The notes under the pieces: generated by a model | Databases searched by the model: none | What the model saw: the letters and a program-made list of their open reading frames with translations, nothing else | Told to the model about the DNA's origin: nothing | Shown here: one piece after another, positions 11,519-23,099 of the stretch | Position numbering within the stretch: the stretch's first letter is position 1 | How the letters are laid out: each line of letters begins with the position of its first letter | Translations under genes and position numbers: made by a program | Origin: Euglena gracilis | Lineage: Eukaryota | Direction: 5' to 3' | Length of the DNA: 64,000 nucleotides | Assembly (NCBI GenBank): GCA_039621445.1 | Contig: CP154954.1 | Span: forward strand, 24,192,954 to 24,256,953

Positions 11519-11859
11519 AGACCGACCTCGTCCTGCTCCCCCCGATGCTGCCAGGGTAGGCTGCGTGCTGTCTTTTGCAGGAGTGTAAAGCACAAGCACT
11601 TTTCTTTGTTTGGCCCACGATGGGTGGTTTTTTCCTTTCATCGGACAGGGAACCTGGGGGTGGTCAAGTTCATTTTGCTGAGGTGGGGAGGTTGCAGGCA
11701 AGCAGAATCTGGCAGAACTGGCTGGCTGGGGAGCCATTGTTGCAGACCAAAAAGTGGTGCTGTCTGGCAGGGGGGCCACTGTTGCAGTCCAAAATGTGGA
11801 GGAACATGGTTTGCCAGTTTGTCGGGGGCTTTTCAGGCTGAGAGCAAAATTGGTGTCAG

Positions 11860-12780
11860 GGGAGGCCTTTGCAGGCCCATGGCATTTGCAGGCCACTGGG
11901 ACAAAATGCTGCAACAGGTGTCACGGGGGGGCCTTTGCAGGCCCAGGGCCTTTGCAGGCCACTGGGGCAAAATGGTGTTGGAGGGGGGCCTTTGCAGGCC
12001 AAGGGCCTTTGCAGGCCACTGGGGCAAAATGGTGCAACAGACCGAAATGGTGTCACAGGGGGGCCTTTGCAGGCCCAGTGACTTTGCAGGACACTGGGGT
12101 AAAACAGTGTCACTGAGGGGTTGGGGTGTCAATGTCAAGTCAAAACTGCTGCAAAAAGTGTCAACAGATGAAAGGAGTTTCACTTCAGGACACAGGTTTT
12201 CACTGGCACTTTCCAACAAAGCAAACAAAGCAAAAGAGAATGCACAGAGAAGGAATGCAAATAGGTTCCAGGTGGCAGTGGGGGGCTTACAACAGATGTT
12301 GGTGCAGCCACTGGCCCTGAGTCTGGCAATGAAAACCAAAACTGTGAAAAGATGTCTGATGCCTGGTGTGAGATGACAGGGGTAAGGATGGAGGACAATG
12401 TTTGAAAGCAATCTGGGGGGTTGGATGGGGAAGATGTCAGCACCAGAAGGTTTCCCTGCATGCAAATGGAAAGGTTGATGATGGGTGACCTTTGGAGACC
12501 CAAAGAATGGTTGTATGCATGATGGGTTTGCAGTGGTTGGGCATGATAGAAGGGGTGGGTATGCAGTGATTGGGGGGCTGACCATTGGGGGGGGCCTTTG
12601 CAGGCCCAGTGGCTGGGGGGGCCTTTTCAGGCCCATTGGCTGTGGGGGCCTTTGCAGGCCCACTGGCTGGGGGGGCCTTTTCGGCCCAGAAGGGTTGGTG
12701 GGGGCCTTTTCAGGCCCAGTGGCTGGGGGGGCCTTTTCAGGCCCAGAAGGGTTGGTGGGGGCCTTTTCAGGCCCAAAGAA
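11860..12780. repeat. GGGGCCTTT(G/T)CAGGCCC hairpin-unit tandem arrays in the copy A 5' region
   Basis: Many imperfect copies at about 11860-12090 and 12590-12780; equivalent arrays at 17360-18130 in copy B. Confidence 0.85.
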
Positions 12781-13064
12781 ACCAGATAAGCCATAAAGGC
12801 CACACCGGCCATAGACAGCATGATGGGCTCCTGCAGTAACACCAAAGGGCCTTGTAACTTGAATAAAGCTACCTGCACCAGCAGGGCTTCTGCTTTCTTC
12901 CGCCTGCACCAGCAGGACTTCTGCCTTCTTCCGCCTGCACCAGCAGGACTTCTGCCTCTTCCGCCTGCTCCAGCAGGACTTGTAAGTGGGTTCGACGATA
13001 GTTGAATTCTTGACTTGGATACTTGACCCCACCAGGGGCTTTCAATTGTCCGCCATGTATTATG

Positions 13065-13090
13065 CGAAAAAAAATAGACACTCAGAAAGT
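13065..13090 (-). other. Euglenid spliced-leader exon sequence at the 5' end of copy A
   Basis: Reverse complement reads ACTTTCTGAGTGTCTATTTTTTTTCG (26 nt); followed by element sequence, not a GT donor. Confidence 0.93.
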
Positions 13091-13571
13091 GTCTATTTTT
13101 TATTTAAAGGTTGGTCTAAAAAACCCACGGTGGGTAGCACAGCTTCACCCAAACCGCGCCCCGGGCCCAGGGAAACGTCTCTTTTGGCCCTCGCCACAAG
13201 AGGAACCCCCTTGTGACTCCCTGTGCCGCCACAGGTCGCGGGTAGCTTATACTGTGGGTGTAATGTACAAAAGAGTGATGAGATATACTTGTTCAGGGTG
13301 CAGAGGTCATTGGTTAGCGGAAGATGAGCAAAGGTCACCTTCAATATATACCGGGCGGGGAGGGGGGCGTTTGTACCTCTTTTGCCACAGGATGGCGTGT
13401 TTGTGTCGGGTTATGGCTTTTGTTGTGTTTTGCTTCTCTGCGCGTCTATGTGACCCATTGATTTGTCTTTGGCTCGGCGTGTGGCCCTGCTCAGTGGGTA
13501 ACTAGGGGTTAAACATAGCAGGTGAGAGTTCCAGGTTGGTTATTTGGTTGAGAGTTTGGGCTGAAAGACCT

Positions 13572-16500
13572 TCAGACAGAATATGGTGAGTGGGCGGAAG
13601 ACAGGGTGATCTCATCTTTGGAAGAATACAAGCTCCAAACGAGCTGTCTGCTGATTTATCTGATAAGTGTGAAGGACAGGCCTTGCCAAATGTCTGCTTC
13701 TGCGGCGCGCCGTTGCCACCCTTCCCGCTGCCCCAGAAGGGCCTTGAGGAGGGTGGCCATCAAGGAGCGTGCCTCTTGTCCCATGCCCCCGTAGCAGTCC
13801 ATGACGAATGGCATCATCCGCCAGCCCAGGCGTTGGCATGTTGCATCATATTTGGCATGCTTTTCAGCCTCCTGACGTGTTTGCCATTGTGAAAGGCTCT
13901 CTGCACTTCGCAGCGGATGACTTTGCGCAAGTGTGTGGCGGATTGTCACATCCACTGCAACGGGTCCATCACTGTCCAAGCGAGGAATGAAGATATCCCC
14001 AGGCCGTGAACGGTCATCAGCTCGTTATTCTTTACGGGCTGTAAATCCTGCCTTCTGTGTTGTGGTTGTCAGAAAATCTTGGACAGCCCCGTGCCGCCGG
14101 GTGATGAAGTTTGATTTGCAGCAAACGAGGTGGTGTCCAAGAAAATCTGATTGTCCAAAGCATTTGGGACAGAGGTTGGGATCGGATTCTATTGGTGTGA
14201 GAGTCATTCCGAGGGACCAACGAAGTGTGCACCGGAATTCAGCCGTGGGTAACAGGGTGCCGAGTCCTTGAGATGGTGTCAAAGCGGCCCATGCCATAGC
14301 GTGTGGTTGGCATTGGCTTGCGAAGCGTACAGCATCAGGTCCATTCAATGTGTCCCGAAGTGTTTTCTGGCGGGCAAGCATGCTCTGCTGATTCCACCAA
14401 CGTTGTGAATTGTGTGGAGACTGTGCCTGAGAGATCAAGTGTTTGTCAGTGGCCCATTGGGGCAGTGGGGCCATTTGACCAAGTTCATTGAGGGCTGTCC
14501 GCAAACAATCGTCAGCGTCTTTGGGAAGGATGTCCATGGCAGCGGGCAGGCCCAAGACAGAGGCAGCTCTTCGACAGAAGTCCACCACTTGAGACAATCT
14601 GGCAGGCACACGTTGAAATAGTGGATCCGAGATTCCCAGTCCACCGCATCTGATGGCCAGGGAGACTTGCAACCATTCTTCTGGGGTGCAAGGGGAGCCG
14701 ATCATGCTACTGAATGTTTCCCGAATAATTCCCGACAATGTCTTGCATGCCGCTGTTGCAGAGGCTATTTTGCAGGCGCGCAAGAGGTCATTCACTTTGC
14801 AAGCGGATAAACAAAAACGAAGCAAGGTGAATTGCACATGCGATTGAGGTAGGTGCTGAAGTACTGTGCAAGAACGTCGGATGTCTTCAATGCGCTTATT
14901 CCAAACTTCTTCACAGAAGCGGTCATCTTGGGGGTGGTGGACAGGGACCCCCAACACTTTCAACCAGCAAGAAAGGCGGTCAGTGGTATTTGGTGTAAGG
15001 GGCTGTCCTGTGGCGTGCCAGGGGGAATGCAAGGGACACCTTCTGTTGATGTGAACGCTGGTCCCCACAATCGACATTTTGCAGGGTTCACGGCCAACCC
15101 AAGCGTGGCTGCCTCCCGAATCAGAAAGGCAAGGGCATTGTGCAGTTGGGCTGGCGATCCCAGCAGATGGGCGTCATCCAAATACCATCCCTGCCATTCG
15201 ATTAGGGGTGAGAGGCCCTCACAAAGGTCTTGCACACCCCAGGCGAAAGCTGCAGGTCCGCATGGGTCGCCTTGCTGAGCTCCCCTCTGGGAAGGCAGAC
15301 AATGGTTCCCACAATACAGCTTGCTGTGTTGGGCGTAGCACGAATCCAGCCAAGGGCACACTTCTAGGCAGCGTCTACGGATGGATTGCAGGATTTTTTC
15401 TCGTGACAAAGAGTTGAAGGCATTCCTGAAATCCACTTGAAGCAGCCCCCAGCGATTGTCTCTGTCCGAGTGCAGAGTGTCCACCATTTGTTGGATTCCC
15501 ATTGCGATCAGTGGACAAGCATTCGGCACCCCAACGCCACATTGTGGAGGACTCAGTTCTTTCAAAGCGTTTACCACTGTGGGATGACGCATGAGACATT
15601 TGCCAACCAATCGGCGGAGGGTTTCACCTGCTGCGATCGGGCGAGTGTCTTCATCACACACCGTGTGCTCCACAAGGTTACCAAAAGCATCCTCTTCCAT
15701 TGCTGTTTGTTTGTTTTGTTTTCGCAGAGGTGTCAACCTGGCGGAAGAAAGAATTGGGGCCATGCCGGGGTGAACACCGTTTGCAATTGCCTGACAGATG
15801 AAGGTATCAAGCACTTCGAGGAGGTCATCTCCACAAGCCCCTGGGTAGTCTCCAACCATGGCCTTGAGGTGGTCAGGTCTCAGGCCAGAAGGTCCCGGTG
15901 CGGATTCCTTTGGGAACCCGAATATAGCTTTGCGCAGATTTTGCAATCGCTCTTTTGTGCTTTCCGGGTCCGAAGGAAAGGTAATCGTTTGGGAAGAGTC
16001 GGACACTGGGATGCGCGGTGGAGGCTCTGGTGGGTGAAGGTCACACAGCCTTTGAATCACTTTTGGGTCATTGCTGTTCTGAACCCCCTCAGAGGTGAGC
16101 TCTCGGCAGGCTTTTGAGATAGCCCCGTGGCCAACAAGGCTTTCAATGCGGGAGAGGAACCGTTCTTCGGTCGCCTTGGCCGCCAGTGCTGTTTTTTGCC
16201 TTGTCTGTCTGCCCTGTGGCTTTTGTGGGAGACTGGAGTCCAACCAAGAATCAAACACAGGACGGGTGAGATACAGGCGAGCTCGTTCTGCAATCTTTCT
16301 CCCCACCATCGCCCAGTTCGATCGCCCGCCACGCTGCAAAGGACAAAGCACCGCTTTGGGGAAGGCCCACAAGGCGTGCAGGGGTTCCCCGCCGGGTTCC
16401 CTGTTGAAATGCCTTAGCAGTTGCAGGTAGGTTTGATTGACATTGAGGAGGGCTCCACGCGGCAGGTAAACAAGGGTGCCTCGATCATCAAAAGAAATTT

Positions 16501-17458
16501 CCTCGAAAGTGGGATGAAGGGATGGTGGGCATGGAGCAGAGAATGGCGTAACCCCAGAAATGTGATTTTGGCCAATGGGGGTTGGCGGGGGTCTGGCTGG
16601 GGCTGGTGACGGTGCTGCTGCGGTTGTTGCCACTGAGTATGAAGAGCTGACACCCAAAGGGGGGTTGGAGAAGTTCAGGAAAGGCGTCGTCTGATTTGCT
16701 TGCATCCACATGGCCCCAAAATCTGAGGGGGGGAAGGGTCCTGGTCCTTGTGTGCCAATTGGGTTCTCCATGATGACTGTGGAGCACAGTGAGGGGAGGC
16801 CTTGTTGGCCAAAGAACAATGGACCTGGCAGATTTGGAAACCAGGATCCCCTTTCCAATGGTAGCACTGCTGGTGGTGGTGCGGTCGGGGGGATAGAAAT
16901 TTGTGATGCTGGCGCCATGTCAACGTCCTCACCCGACACCGACGGGGGCTCTGCGGGCGGTGGTGCAGAAGGAGGGATGGAGATTTATGATGCTGGCGCC
17001 ATGTCAATATCCTCACCCGACACAAATGGTGGGTCTGTAGGAGGTCCGGGGTTACTTTCAATGTCCCCGCAGGTCAATAAAGACCGACCTCGGCCCGCTC
17101 CCACCGATGCTGCCAGGGTAGGCTGTGTACTATCTTTCGCAGGAGTGTAAGGCAAAAGCACTTTTTTTTGTTTCAGCGGAGAGGGAACCTGGGGGTTGTC
17201 AAGTTCACTTTGCTGAGGGAAGGTTGTAGGCAAGCAGAATCTGGCAGAACTGGCTGGCTGCGGGGCCACTGTTGCAGACCAAAAAGTGGGCGTGCTGTCT
17301 GGCTGGGGGGCCACTGTTGCAGGCCAAAATGTGGAGGAGCATGCTTTGCCAATTTGACAGGGGCCTTTCAGGCTGAGAGCAAAAATGGTGTCAGGGGGGG
17401 GCTTTGCAAGCCCATGGCATTTGCAGGCCACTGGGACAAAATGCTGCAACAGGACCAA
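13572..17458 (-). pseudogene. Copy B polyprotein: 2A, N-terminal region, RT, CCHC, RLE
   Basis: ORFs 16985-17458 and 14960-16939 are in the same frame; APGPSGLRP, RPIAAGETLRR, QQGDP, YLDD; 14025-15077 and 13656-13979 continue it. Confidence 0.88.
17042..17080 (-). other. 2A (StopGo) peptide, canonical (GRGRSLLTCGDIESNPGP)
   Basis: Exact DxExNPG-P core in frame with the downstream RT ORF. Confidence 0.85.
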
Positions 17459-18404
17459 AAGGTGTCACAGGGGGGCCTTTGCAGGCCCAGGGCCTTTGCA
17501 GGCCTCTGGAGCAAAATGGAGTTGGAGGGGGGCCTTTGCAGGCCCAGGGCCTTTGCAGGCCACTGGGACAAAATGGTGCAACAGATCGAAATGGTGTCAC
17601 AGGGGGGCCTTTGCAGGCCCAGTGACTTTGCAGGACACTGGGGTAAAACAGTGTAACTGAAGGGTTGGGGTGGCAAAATGTTTTTCAATGTCAAGTCAAA
17701 ACTGCTGCAAAAAGTGTCACTGAGGGGTTGGGGTGGCAAAATGTTTTTCAATGTCAAGTCAAAACTGCTGCAAAATGTGTCACAGCTTTTGGTGTAACAT
17801 GTGATGTGAAAACTGGGGGTTTGCCACTTCAATTGATCAGAGGTTTGGGATGCAATGCAGAACACAGAAAAGAAGACCTTGGAGCTGAAAGTAGCACTTA
17901 ATGGTTGGCAGAAGGCGGGCCTTTGCAGGCCCAAAGGGGGGGGCCTTTGCAGGCCCAAGATGAGGGGCCTTTGCAGGCCCAAATGGAGGGGCCTTTGCAG
18001 GCCCAAAGACTGGGGGGGCCTTTTCAGGCCCAGTGGCTGGAGGGGCCTTTTCAGGCCCTGTAGCAGGGGGCCTTTTCAGGCCCAGGGCCTTTTCAGGCCA
18101 GTGGTGGTGTTGAGGGGGCCTTTTCAGGCCCAATACAGCCCACAGCAGCATGGTGAAGTTCTGCAGCAGCAGACCAAAGGGGTGAGAAGCCCAAGAACTT
18201 GAGTTCTTCTTTGTCTTGTCTTGAGCTTGTACTTTTGCTTGACTTCTGCTTCTGCCTGCACCAGCAGGACTTCTTCTGCCTGCACCAGCAGGACTTCTTC
18301 TGCCTGCACCAGCAGGACTTGTGAGTAACTTTCGATGATAGTTGAACTCTTGACTTGGATATTTGTCCCCACCAGGGGCTTTCAATTGTCCGCCATGTAT
18401 TATG

Positions 18405-18430
18405 CGAAAAAAAATAGACACTCAGAAAGT
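18405..18430 (-). other. Euglenid spliced-leader exon sequence at the 5' end of copy B
   Basis: Exact 26-nt SL on the minus strand. Confidence 0.93.
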
Positions 18431-19061
18431 GTCTATTTTCTTCGTGCCACTGGTCGGTGGATTCGGTTCGCCCCACCACCGTCAATTGCTGGTCAGAGTT
18501 TCTTTCTCTAGACAATACAGCCTACTGGATTTGAAGAGTTCAGGGGAGTAAGGCTATGTACAGAGGCAACAGTCTGTGCACGCTGGTGAAGGGAGGGAAG
18601 GTAAAACGGGCGAGCTTAGAGAATAGTATAAGGCGCGAGGTGCGGGGGCAGGTAAGAGGGGTGAGCTTAGCAAAAAGATCTCGTCATGCTGCGGGTGCAC
18701 AGGCGATTTGTAATCCTGTTCTCGACCTCCGCAATTCTGATTGGTCATTGAGATCTGGATTGGGTGGACGGGCCCTTCGTTTCCTACTGCACCAGGATCG
18801 GGTCAGGAGGTGCGCTTGAAGAGGTTGTATGGTGGACCTGGCTGGCACTTGGCTTGAGGTCCCTCACGGGGGTTCAGCCCCCCTTCGATTGTGTGCGACT
18901 TCTGCACCTCCATGGTGGACGTCCGGAGAGAGTTCTCGGCTTTTGGTATTCCATTTCGGGTGTTTGGAGCTCAGCCTCGTGGCTATGAAGTACAGTAGGG
19001 TTTATGAGATTCAGGGAGGCAATGGTCAGCAAGCTCTTCGGGGCATTGTCCCCAAACCTCA

Positions 19062-19358
19062 AGAAACTCTGGAATATACAAGGAGAGAAAAGTGCTGACG
19101 TGTCCAGGGAGGTGAGAGTAATTTACAATACACAACTTGATGTCTGTCACAGGGTAAGTGGGCCGTTGTCGACCTTTTTTGTGTCTCATGTGTCTTTTTC
19201 CGATCTTTGTCGGTCATAACCCACTCGAGTGGTTGGCGGTGCCTCAAATTACATGGTCCCTGAATGGGCCTGAGAAACTCTATACCAGGAGAGAAAAGTG
19301 CTGACGTGTCCAGGGAGGTGAGAGTAATTTACAATACACAACTTGATATCTGTCACAG
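19062..19358 (+). repeat. About 80-bp direct repeat pair
   Basis: AGGAGAGAAAAGTGCTGACGTGTCCAGG...TCTGTCACAG at about 19081-19152 and 19287-19358. Confidence 0.85.
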
Positions 19359-22218
19359 AAACTCTCAAAATTGCGAGAGTGAACTTATTCCTAATTACTG
19401 TGGCTTTTCTGCTTGTTTTTTTTTCGACATGTCACATGGCTGAGACCCCTGGCGTGGTTCGTTACAAGCTGGGATTATCAAGTACAAGTTGTCAAGTTTC
19501 AAGTTCAAGTCAACTTATAAGTCCAAGTACAAGACCAAGGTGAAGTGGAGGCATTTTGAATTCAGATGGTATCACAATCAAAATAGAGGTTTTACTTTTG
19601 AAATGATTGAATCCGAAGAAATGATAGACAGCCTGGACAGATGAGGCGAAAGAAAGTGGAGGAGACATTGGTGAAACTTTGTGTTGGATTTGTATTGTCA
19701 AGCTCCCCGTGACAAAGGTTTGCCAAATAATTCTGTCACTGAATGTTCATTTTTCTCTGTTGCAGTTGTTGGAAGGACATGATGAGAGTCATTGGAATGA
19801 TTGGTAATCTGGACCTGAGCATGTCCCTGCTAAACTGCTCCATTTTGTTTTAGTTGCGGAGCCAACGTCTGTATTTTCTGACTCTTGTTGCTGCTTGAAG
19901 GTTTTTTTTTGTCTGCCACTGTTTCCACTGTTAGTCTGGGAAAATAAATTTAATGAAAAGTATGTGGCTGTTGCATCAATTGTTGGCATGCATGTTTGAA
20001 TGCATTTTTTTCTTTAGCAGGAGCTTTGTTTATAGTTTTTTTTTGTTTTGGGCAAGATGGTGCCAGATTTTGACCGGAAACGTTTTGTCCTGAGATGCTC
20101 GTTTTCTTCTGAAACTTGTTTTTTTGTTCCTTGCATTCTTTTTTTGCTGTGCAACAAGTTCTCTTTGCTCAAGAAAGCTAAAAATTGGGGGGGTGCGGTG
20201 TTTGAGTCTGGCAAATGGGTCAGTTTTGGAGGGTTTGTGATGGCCAGTTTTGGACCGATGGGTGGCCATGTTTCTGGCCAGTTTTGTTGGCCATATTTTC
20301 ATAAAGCCAACAGGCGGGCCGTATTTCGGGCCGAACATTCACACGGGCAAACTTAGGCCCAGACAAACTTAGTCCCCCGCTGGCACACATTTATTCCTTA
20401 TCCAGCCATCAGTGCGTGCGGCATGCTTATTGTTTGGGCTGGATAGCCGGGCGGCTAGCAACAGTGGCTTTCATCTGGACGGACGGCTGGACAGCCGGCA
20501 TGTTGGTCGGCTAGGTTGGTCTGCCAGCCGGCTAGGTTGGTCCGGCCAAACGCCCCCGCATGTCAAGTCCACAGCAACTTTTTGTCCTTGCCAACGATGA
20601 ATTAGAAGATCAGCCGGTCTGTCACTGTTTGAGGGAACATCCAAAAAACCACTGCCATCCGGCCATCCAGACCCTAATGCACAAAAGCACTTGCCAAAAC
20701 AGCCTTTCGAAAGAAACCATCCAAAGGGGAATGATGACACTGTAGCACCAACATTCCACATGGCAGGAACCCTAGAATGACAAGTACCTTCACATCATCT
20801 CAATGCACGTCCTCGAACCTCCAACTCATCCTCTCGAACCTGCACGGGCAGGTGCTGCCGAGCTGCAACTTCAACAAGGAGTACTTGTTGTTCGGCTCGT
20901 GGAATAGTTGCTTCCAGGCTACCAGGGGCAGGGGAGGGAACCTGTGCGGGATGGGAATACAACGTTGCACCAAGAACACAGGCCACGTTGCTCCTTCTTT
21001 GCTTGGAAACCTGCTCGCTGAGCCACGGATGTCAAATAGTCCTGAATTGCTGTATGCCGCCGGGTAAGATTGTTGTATTTGCAGCAGAGCAAGTGGTGAC
21101 CAGAGACATCCAGTTGACCATGGCATTTTGGGCAAAGCAAGGTGGTGTTGTTAGCAGGTTCGGTGAGAGCCATTCTAACATTCCACCGCAAGAGGCACCG
21201 AAATTCAGCAGATGGCAAACAAGTCCGTTTTGCCGTGCTGGGTCTGCCGCTGCCCAGGCCGTTGTATGTGGTTGGCACTGACTTTGGAAACGAACCTGTT
21301 CCATCGGTGGCAGGGCCTTGCTCAACGTTGTTTGCCTTGCAGTAGCGAACTGAGAGTTGTACCATTTTTGGGCAGTGTGGGAGCTTTGGTGGAGGCCAAT
21401 GGTGTAGGATTCGCCCAGTCGAAGCCTGCTCCCAGGGCGTGGGTAGCTGCTAGTGATGGCAGGCTGCTGCATGGGGCATGTGTTGGAGATGGAGCTGCAG
21501 GGCTTGCTGCTGTTGAGCCAGCTACTGCATGGCGGCCTGCTGCTGCCCCGGCTGCCAGACGAGCTGGCCCAGCAGTGCTGGATTCTGCCGCGGTTCGGGC
21601 TGCTGGGAACCCCTTGGCTCCATCGGATGATGTCGTAGTCGATGTGGAATCGTCACGCTCAGATGAGGCTGGCTGCTTTTTAAGCTGCCTGCTCACCTGC
21701 TTTCTGGGATTCTGTCTCTCTGCCTTCTGTGTCGCAGCCTTCTTCTCCTGTTCTTCCCAGTGATGCTGCTCCTCTTGCCAATGCTTCTTGTCCCTGGCTC
21801 GCTGCTTGCCTTCAAGCCTTTTCCTCTTTCTGTCCTCCTTCTGTAAGTAATTTCGGCCGTACCTTTTTTTGCAGAGCTCGCTCCCATTTTTCGTCTTCCT
21901 CTCTCTGTCGCTTGGTTGAACTCACTTTGTGGACTTCATGACAGGGTCGTTCACCATCGCCATGGTGGTCAGCAGATAACATCAATGTCCCTAACTAGTT
22001 GCCCTCCCATTGTACATATGTATGACACAAGGCCTTCCTCCCTCGAAGGCAGGAACAAGCAAGTTGGAGCTGAACACTTTCCAAGCTCTCTTTTTCAAAC
22101 TCCCTTTATGACAAGGAATGGGGTCATTTTGACATTGAACTTCCAAAACTGAAAATGGGGTCAGGAGGCAAGGTAAACGCCACAAAAAAACTAACTAAGC
22201 CCCTTCCCAAAATTGAAC

Positions 22219-22456
22219 TGTGGCCCAAAACTGGCCCCGACCTGTGGCCCAAAACTGGCCACGGCCTGTGGCCCAAAACTGGCCACGACCTGTGGCCCAA
22301 AACTGGCCACGACCTGTGGCCCAAAACTGGCCAGCACACCTGGCCCAAAACCGGCCAGCACACCTGGCCCAAAACTGGCCAGCACACCTGGCCCAAAACT
22401 GGCCAGCACATCTGGCCCAAAACTGGCCAGCAGATCTGGCCCAAAACTGGCCACAA
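22219..22456. repeat. 21-bp minisatellite
   Basis: About 11 copies of TGGCCCAAAACTGGCCA(CGACCTG/GCACACC)-type units. Confidence 0.92.
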
Positions 22457-23078
22457 GACGTGAATCAAACCGTTGAAAATCAAATCAGACTGACCCAGAT
22501 TGCCATGACGTTGAAAAAAAATGGACAGACAAAAACCTTTGACTTTCTTTAGGCACAGCAACAGCAAAAACACAGAACAAAATGGAGCAGCATGGACATC
22601 CTCAGGTCCAGATTAGTAACGAAGTCCTTCCAATAGGTCCATCATCTCAAGCCATCTGTGTACAGGTCTCAGCTTCGTCTCATGACAATCATCTGCAGCA
22701 GCGCCTCAGCCACTTCTGCATGATAGACTTCAGAAATTTCTTGCCTTGTGATCTGCAGAAGGGAAAGATGAACTCCCTGACAACGTTGCTTGGCACACCT
22801 TTGAGAGCTTGCTGCCGAGAGAAGTCAGTAAAAACTTGGTGTCGCCAAATATTTCTTCCCTGCAGCAAAGTAGAATAATTTTCGGTAGGACATAATTCCA
22901 GGGCGGAAATTTCGCCGTTTAAATCTGGTCACCGAAATACCGACGGGGGTTCCTTGTTTCGGCGCTCTAAAACGGTTTAAGAGCGGCGGATTAAAAGTGA
23001 ACGGAAATACTTCACGTGCGAATAAAAGCCTCTCCTGTACCCCACTCGGGGCTTTCAGGCCATGAGCACGTGTGGAGA

Positions 23079-23099
23079 CGAAAAAAAAATAGACACTCA
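23079..23099 (-). other. 5'-truncated spliced-leader relic
   Basis: TGAGTGTCTATTTTTTTTTCG on the minus strand (one extra T). Confidence 0.8.

Larger units (their letters stand above)
7342..13101 (-). mobile_element. CRE/SLACS-like RLE non-LTR retrotransposon, copy A (SL-headed, disrupted)
   Basis: RT QQGDPCGP/YLDD, CCHC (CPKC..HLVCC), RHGAVQD, RPGD..AVDVTI..EAEKH..Y; SL at 13065-13090; about 480-bp 3' UTR; internal inversion and insertion. Confidence 0.92.
13121..18444 (-). mobile_element. CRE/SLACS-like RLE non-LTR retrotransposon, copy B (near full length, SL-headed)
   Basis: Colinear and highly similar to copy A from 3' UTR to SL; ORF broken by a stop at 16985, a frameshift near 14960 and a stop at 14025. 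Confidence 0.92.
20545..23099 (-). mobile_element. Internally deleted, divergent CRE-like element, copy C (second family)
   Basis: SAEFRCLLRW...CPKC...HHLLCC...RRHTAIQD (about 21000-21230); RPADLLI...VAVDLT (20560-20640); partial SL at 23079-23099; RT absent. Confidence 0.75.

Noticed and set aside
13065-13090. SL RNA gene
   Set aside because: The SL exon is followed by CATAATAC, not a GT donor and SL intron; no 5S/SL repeat unit is visible.
18445-19250. Solo LTR
   Set aside because: No second copy, TSD or PBS/PPT in the window to support it.
22219-22456. CRISPR-like array
   Set aside because: Contiguous 21-bp units without unique spacers, eukaryotic context, no cas genes.
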